Position numbers and translations under genes: made by a program. From Klebsormidium nitens (Eukaryota; Plantae; Klebsormidiophyceae), in NCBI GenBank assembly GCA_000708835.1, contig DF237400.1, positions 1 to 64,000 of the forward strand: 64,000 nt of DNA, given 5' to 3'. Below the pieces are notes generated by a model, which was not told the DNA's origin, made no database searches, and worked only from the letters and a program-made list of their open reading frames with translations. Below are positions 60,590 to 64,000 of this stretch, one piece after another (position 1 is the stretch's first letter; every line of letters begins with the position of its first letter).

Positions 60590-63500
60590 ATGGCGCCGAA
60601 AAAGCCACCCGCAAATGGCAGCCTCCCTGAGCCCAATGCTGGTCTGTCAGCCGATCGCGACGATGCTGAGCGCATCCGTCAGGCAGCGGAAGAAGCGCTG
60701 TGGGTGGAGAGTGCTGAAGAGTGGTTGGAAGAGGTCGATGACATGTACTCAATGGAGGATGAGGAGGATGAGGAAGAGGACGAGGATGCGGAGGCTACTG
60801 CTTCCACCCAGGATCAGATCACTCAGCAGAATCGACCTGACACGCATGAAATGAAGTCTCTGAAGCTGGTGGCGGAGCTGGCGGAGGAGGAGCTCAAGGA
60901 CCCGGAGTCCTTCCCTGTCCTGCACCCCGAATATGGGATAGAAGTTCCCCATGAAGGCGGCCTAGAGTGGAAGTGTGTGTACGGTAGAAAAGGAGCCAAG
61001 TGAGTGATACAGGAGCCAAATTGTGTAGCGCTTTTGCCGGTAACTTCTGGGTTCATCACTTGCTCAATTGCTTCAGCACCCTTTCGAACCGCCTGTGATG
61101 ATTGGTGTTGCTCGTTTGATGAGCATTGCTACGCAAGCTGATGGTGACAAGAGCAATGTGAGAAGGTGTTTGCAAAAGGTAGTAGTGTAATTCTGGTCCG
61201 GTTTGAAGTTGGCGCCAGGTCACGTCGCCCTGCTGGCTGGATGTTGTATTCGTTGATTTGGAGTCAATTTTGACAAGCTTTTAGGCACAGTTGTCCTGCA
61301 ATGAATGCAGAACATGCATCAAATTCGTTCATATCAGCAGGACTCTACCGCGGCTCGTGCCAGCGGAAGCAACATGGATCGTCAAAAGCAAAGCATTCGT
61401 TGCTTTTTCGCAAGGTGGAATAGCCATTACCAGAGTCGTGGGCCATTGCTGCTGCAGCATCCATAAGCGCCACATTGCACTTGTTGTTGATGCAGGTATG
61501 AAGGGACGCTGGATGTATATCGCAGTCAGCAAGTGTTTGGCATGAACCAGCCGGAGGGTGGCCCCCCGGACAGCGATGCCCCCTTGCGAGTGACCAACAA
61601 GAACAGCTCCACCCTGGTATACAACCTGGTGTATCGCGAGTACATCATGGGCAGGGGTGTACATCAAGACCTGCTGGGGGACCAGTGAGTCATGCAGCAC
61701 TTGGGCTCCAACTCCTGCCATGAGCAACTACAGTTGAAAGCAACCAGTGTTTGTCTGCCGTTTGTCAGCTTCCTGCTTGGGACGAGCGTACCATCATAAG
61801 TCAGGAAACCTCCATTTGCAGCGGCGCTGAGGTCGTCTAGCACAAAGCGCCTGCATTGCAGGGGGAATCCGATTCTAAGCATCATCTCACAGCGTTGCCC
61901 TTGACATGACATGGGCAAGTACCAGTTCTTAGATTCTGGCCATGTCCCTGTGGCAGGTATGCCGGTGAGTGGTGGGGCGGCCTCCGGCAGGGCCATGGCA
62001 CTCAGACGTGGATCAATCGGGAGCACATCAAGACGGTGGACGATGAAGACATGTACAAGACGGACGTTGATGATCCGTCCACTGTAGACGCTGCAGACAG
62101 CCTGGACAAGAGTGACAAGTTTTGGGACAAGAGGCACCCCTTTTACACCGGCAAGCGCAGGTTTGCCTACCTGCATGACAAAGACGAGGAGCCGGGCTGG
62201 ATCCGCCCGGAGGATGGGGAGCTGCGCGGCAAGCACGGCGCCTTCCCTGACATCTACCAGTGGACAACGTGAGCCTGCTGACTGACCGCCAGGGGCATCG
62301 CTCTTGCAATGCTGTTTCAACACTTGGCGGAGAGCAGGCAAATGCCCTGCTTCTGCAAAGCTCCTCTGACATCTCTGATGTGCCTCTGCTGTAGCCTTTG
62401 AAGGACACTTGGTAGAGGTTCTGCTTGTCAGCAAAGGCTACCACCATGTGCTCAGGTCTGCAGCTTGAGTCGCCCATAGTTTTTGCGAAGGCTGCTGGCG
62501 TCATTGGCTGTCCCGAAGGCAATCAATTGTCCTTCGTGTGGTCGTCAGCACGTGTGCTCAGTGCGCGCACCTATTCGCTTCTTCTCAGGGCCGACAATCT
62601 GGTGGGGACCTACTCTGGCCAGTGGTATCGGGACACACCTGAGGGTTGCGGGGTTATGGTCTGGAGCGATGGAACCTCCCTTGCGGTAAGGCCCCTCTCT
62701 GTTGGCCATGTGTGATTGCTGCCATCGAGTAGCAATGATTGCATAGAGGTCATGCTATTATCCAACCAGTGGCTGGGCCGTTGCTGTGTAAGACACATAG
62801 CCGTTTTCCTGCACATCACCATGGTGTCACTGTGCAGGGAGAGTGGCGCCGGGGAGCTTACATTGGGAATTTCCCGGTGTGCACTTACCAAGAAGCAGAT
62901 GTGAGTTCTCTGTCTACTCTGCTGTCAATTGCATCAATTGGGAAGCCTGCTTGTTGCCCATCTGGAGTTGCTGGCTTGTTTGCAAGGAAGGTTAAAGTCT
63001 CGCATAACTGCTCTTTTCTTTCAGGATTGAAGCCTCAGCTTTTACTAACATTCCAATTGTGTTGCAGTTTCACATGCGCCTTGCCCAGCTCGCTGCTCAG
63101 AAAGCGAAAATGTTTCAGTACAAGCCCCAAGACAGTAAGGGCCAGCTTTCTTTTCTGTGGTGGATAGCTTCTGTGAGAACCAGTGATTGACGAAGCACTT
63201 TAGTTCGCCTATGTAGACCCCAATCTAAGGGACCAACTCGCAGATTGATGTCTTCAGTGCCCCTCCTGGCAGTCTTCCTGAAAGAGTGTTGATGTGTGGT
63301 TTGTGGGCGATAGCAGGAGGTTTGCGGGGACAAATCGAAGTCACTCTTCCTCACGCCTCATCTCCACTGCATTGCTGCAGCTCCAATGCGGATCATGTGT
63401 GTTTGACCCGTCTGTTCATTGAGCGCTCTGACAAGCCTTTCCCCCTCGCTTTTAAGGCTCTGGGCTGCCATACTTGTGGGCATGACTTGTTCAACAGCCC

Positions 63501-64000
63501 CTGGATTGACCATTGCTGTTGGTGTCTGCAGTGACCGTCGTCCATGAGAAGCCACATCTGTGGCAGCACCCATACTTCTATGACGATGGCGACCAGTGGC
63601 GCGCACCAGGGCCCATACACAAGTTCTACGAGGTAATGCCAGCAAACTAGAAGTTGCCTCACCTTGAAAGGAAGTGGTATCTTTCAAGAATTTGCACCAA
63701 CTCGCGGCAACTTGTTCTCATAGGCCACTGCAATTTACCGGTTAGCAGTTGCATCGGTGAAAACCCACATATATCAAACAGATATGTACTCATGGCTGCT
63801 TCTTTCGTGGCAGGTCCCTCCTGAGTACCGCGCGCGCGTGGAGCGCATGGACGCTGAGCGCGAGGCTTGGCTGGACGGGTGGAAGAACGCGGGGAAGGAG
63901 CACCCTGACTGGCACCAGCAGTGGACGGCGATTGAGGCGGTGGAGCAGCAGCAGCTGGTGCAGGTTAACTTCGGAGAGCCGTCCCCGCTCATGGAGCTCG
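60590..64000 (+). CDS. TIC100: TIC100/EMB1211-like MORN-repeat chloroplast translocon subunit (3' end outside window)
   Basis: Exons 60590-60999, 61496-61684, 61957-62268, 62589-62685, 62838-62900, 63068-63134, 63532-63632, 63814-end, all phase-consistent. MORN motifs YAGEWWGGLRQGHG and YSGQWYRDTPEGCG. LAQLAAQKAKMFQYKP, QHPYFYDDGDQWRAPG and VPPEY...DAEREAWL resemble land-plant TIC100 segments as recalled. Acidic N-terminus with no transit peptide. Confidence 0.8.

Noticed and set aside
1-64000. tRNA, rRNA, CRISPR arrays, operons, transposase or viral genes
   Set aside because: GTTCGA-like hits lack cloverleaf context, no spacer-repeat arrays or transposase/RT motifs were seen, and the DNA is eukaryotic and spliced.

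Overview
This is eukaryotic, intron-rich nuclear DNA from a streptophyte green alga, most likely Klebsormidium (inferred from gene content, intron density and GC-rich exons; no database search was run). Most of the ORF track consists of exon fragments or antisense shadows. Ten spliced genes can be reconstructed by following GT-AG phases: an F-box/Cys-rich protein (+), a coiled-coil protein (-), a BBX18/19-type double B-box protein (-), plastid ClpR4 (+), SSSCA1/ZNRD2 (-), proteasome alpha5 (+), an App1-like HAD phosphatase (-), a BRAWNIN/DUF4516 microprotein (-), a 28.6-kb VPS13M-type lipid-transfer gene (-) and a TIC100-like MORN protein (+, truncated by the window end). No tRNA, rRNA, CRISPR array or transposase was seen. 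The most notable leads are: (1) only 126 nt separate the BRAWNIN stop from the App1-like start, suggesting a bicistronic or overlapping unit; (2) a ~290-nt G:U-biased foldback at 8377-8666 (candidate miRNA precursor or MITE); (3) a glycine-zipper hydrophobic hairpin inserted near the VPS13 C-terminus; (4) clusters of TGCATG downstream of stop codons. Family assignments rest on recalled motifs and need HMM/BLAST confirmation.
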